From Haliotis cracherodii (taxonomy: Eukaryota): DNA of 64,000 nt. The position numbers were made by a program, and so were the translations under genes. The first letter of the stretch is position 1; each line of letters starts with the position of its first letter. The notes beneath the pieces were generated by a model. It was not told where the DNA came from and did not search any database. It saw only the letters and a list, made by a program, of their open reading frames with translations. Location of the stretch: the NCBI RefSeq assembly GCF_022045235.1, contig NW_027266343.1, positions 22,010,001 through 22,074,000 on the forward strand, read 5' to 3'. Of this stretch, positions 61,272 through 64,000 are shown one piece after another.

Positions 61272-62989
61272 CAGTTTCATGTCTCAGTTTAGTCAGTTCT
61301 GTCACAGTGTTTCAAGTCGAGTGCTGCATCAATATTGTATGTGTCCTCATACAGATCTTATATTGTTACCGTTTCTATAAATCAATCGATAAGTAATCGT
61401 GAGGAAAATGAGTCAGGGTCACGCTGACCGGGAATATGGATACTGGTCATCCGTGCTGTGTCTGTATCAACTTACATAGGTATCGATGTATGTTGTCGCT
61501 GTGTTGTCGTACAGAAAGGTCATGTATCGCTACAGAAATGGATGATACATTTATTACATAGTGAGCAATTGATCAATACATGTATTTGAGAGACCGCCAT
61601 TGTTACTTGACATGACACACGTTATCTGGAATTATTCTGGTTGGATCTCACGTTGAGGATGAGCTACGCCCCCTCATTAAGTATCGTCTTTTTCTATGCC
61701 ACGGTCGGAATATAGGAAAAAGACAGACAAGAAATAAAAGCTTCGTGGTCCAGAGTACATTGAATTGTTGTAACCTTTAACTCAACTGGCGTGTAATGTC
61801 AGGTGCGCTTATGTAGCCGCAAGTCGACTGTTGTCCGTCGTCGTCCTTAAGGAGTTTGCATTTGTTATTTTTCTCTCACGGCAGCCAGGACAAAACGCAA
61901 AGGGACGGAAACCATTTGGGTGAGATGGTCGCCAAATGTAGTTTGGAATTAGTCAGAGGCATTTTGATCGGAAAATATTGAAAAAAACTGTAATTTACGT
62001 GAATACATTACCTCTAATTATTGGGGATCACACTATCAAATCTTTAGATATTCAGACGTCATCTTCACAACCAACAGATCTAATTAGTTTTGATGTAAAC
62101 CCTATCCTTACCCATTTTATGTTCGCACTGTAACAAAGCAGAGGATTAAATCAGAGAAGGTGTCTCTTTCTGGTATGAAAAAGTCCGCTTCGGAGTGACA
62201 CCAGGGTGACAAGCGTGACGTTCATACCCCAGCTCACGAGTCAGATCATGACAGATCGTTTTCAACCATAGATTACCATTCGCCCAGACATACCGGGTAA
62301 GTCAAGGAAGGGAACGGTAGGAAATATCAAGACTCTCACATTTCTCCATCTACCCATGATTTACATGATAATAATCGTCCACCACGATCGTCTAGTCGCA
62401 GGTGGACTGGATTTCATTGTCAATCTCCACAGGCCTATAAGCGTTATGCCTCAAGACGACATGAGGAAGCGAGTGCAGTTGCTTCGAGACCTGATGAATA
62501 TGTCCCTTTACTACTGGTGGTCAAGCGCACGGGTAGAGTTCAGGCGAACCTAGGTCGCCATCCTATCACGGTTATTCAGCATGCTCCTCATGCAGTTCAA
62601 GCCACAGGTAGTTCAAACTGTCTTCAACAGATTAAACTTTATCACTGAAGAAATCATCCACTCAACTAACCAGAAATTTTAACATTCCAACGTCAGTATG
62701 GCATCTAGACTTCAGAAACGCCTGGAACCTGGAAACTACTCGGTTTAACGGGAAAAGACATGTGGCTCCAGGGTGGAACTCTTTTCGTGGCCAAACTTGG
62801 AAAGGTAGAGCATCACGCCAAAGATGAACATACCTACCCCAAACGTGGCAGAAGCCAAGGTAGAGGCGTCTTCAGAGGCGGACCTTGTTGTCCATGACTA
62901 TGGTCACGTTCTACAGGCTCATCCAAATCCTGTAGACCTTTCAATTCGATTGCAGATTACCAGTTTTCAACATAATGCAAACCCGGTGT

Positions 62990-63140
62990 AAGGTGCCAAA
63001 ATCTACCCCCCTTCAGAGTATACCTGGGTAGATTATGGGAGCTCCTAGAATCTACCCCGGGGTAGTTTTTGTGGACTTCCCAGAATCTACCCCCAGGGGG
63101 TACAATCTGGGAGTTACCAGAATCTACCCCAGTGTAGATA
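62990..63140. repeat. Short palindromic tandem repeats (aatctacccc...gggtaga), possible transposon subterminal region
   Basis: Four aatctacccc motifs with inverted partners. Confidence 0.55.
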
Positions 63141-63439
63141 ATGATAAATTGTTATCGAATCCAAAATTCAAAATGTTGTTTTATACATGCAACAAATAGA
63201 GAAAACTAACATAAAATATGAGAGCTATTTTATTCTCAAAACCAATATCCATTGATTCCATGAATTATGACAATGTCACTGGACATTAATTACAACGTCA
63301 AAGTGTTCATGGAGGTTGGTCAGATACACTGCACCAATGGAGAGCTTCTCAAGCGTGAATGATGCTGGGTAGCATAGCCATTTCAGCTCCTTTCCATAAT
63401 GGGCATAGACAACAATGTCAGTGGTCGTCTGATGCAGTA

Positions 63440-63800
63440 CGCTGAAAATTGCAAGTTAAGCAACAACGACCCCTGGCTTCTCGACATTGTAAGAAGAGGG
63501 TACAAGCTTCATTTCCTACAAAGCCCATAGGGCAGAAGCCAAGCTAGCAGCCGTGAACTTGGCCACACACAAGCAACTAGACTACAACCGAGTTGCCGAC
63601 CTTCTCTACGATTCACAGTCAACGGAAAGATGAGTTCCACATTCTACCGTTTGACATGTCAATCGCTTCATGGTTTATTGGGTATTACCACCCCCTTCAC
63701 CGGGTTTGCTCAACTGAGTCTAGTAAGATTTCACGACAACATCAATGACTTCCTATCGACCAATCTAGAAAAGTAAAAAAATCAAGCACAACACACTCCT
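63440..63800 (+). mobile_element. Highly decayed DIRS-type RT fragment
   Basis: NNDPWLLDIVRRGYKLHFLQSP and FHILPFDMSIAS resemble DIRS RT N-terminal and LPFG motifs. Confidence 0.5.
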
Positions 63801-63874
63801 ACTAATTCAGCTACTCTCATATCGAGGGTTCCTTGTTCACCCCTACAAGTCAGAGCAACAACCAACTCAAGGAT

Positions 63875-63886
63875 CCCCCCCCCCCC

Positions 63887-63917
<31 letters not shown>

Positions 63918-63937
63918 ACCCACACACCCACACACAA
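63875..63937. repeat. poly-C / (CA)n microsatellite
   Basis: Direct inspection. Confidence 0.9.
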
Positions 63938-64000
63938 CCACCCATGGTTCACGAGATCGCTACTACGTCTCATGGACGAAACACACAACACGTTACTCCT

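Overview
This is AT-rich animal genomic DNA, probably molluscan (an inference from the SINE and Helentron-MITE families; gastropod/abalone-like). It is not prokaryotic. The main content is the 3' part of a + strand gene: 21 phase-consistent GT-AG exons (4643-48876, about 820 codons, 5' end not found) encoding a long coiled-coil protein resembling limbin/EVC2. Its introns are filled with mobile DNA: two decayed DIRS-type and one Ngaro-type tyrosine-recombinase retroelement, a Tigger/pogo relic, an AcademH-like MITE, Helentron-type MITEs with internal ~170-bp tandem repeats, and two SINE families. Downstream lie more Helentron MITEs, a mariner, a DIRS remnant and a candidate small 4-exon gene on the - strand. 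The most striking pattern is that all six unrelated long minisatellite families (38-52 bp units, 20-94 copies) end at, and mostly straddle, a splice site. They are tandem amplifications of intron-exon junctions, often with the splice dinucleotide altered in the extra copies. All family and homology assignments come from motif recognition by eye, with no database search.
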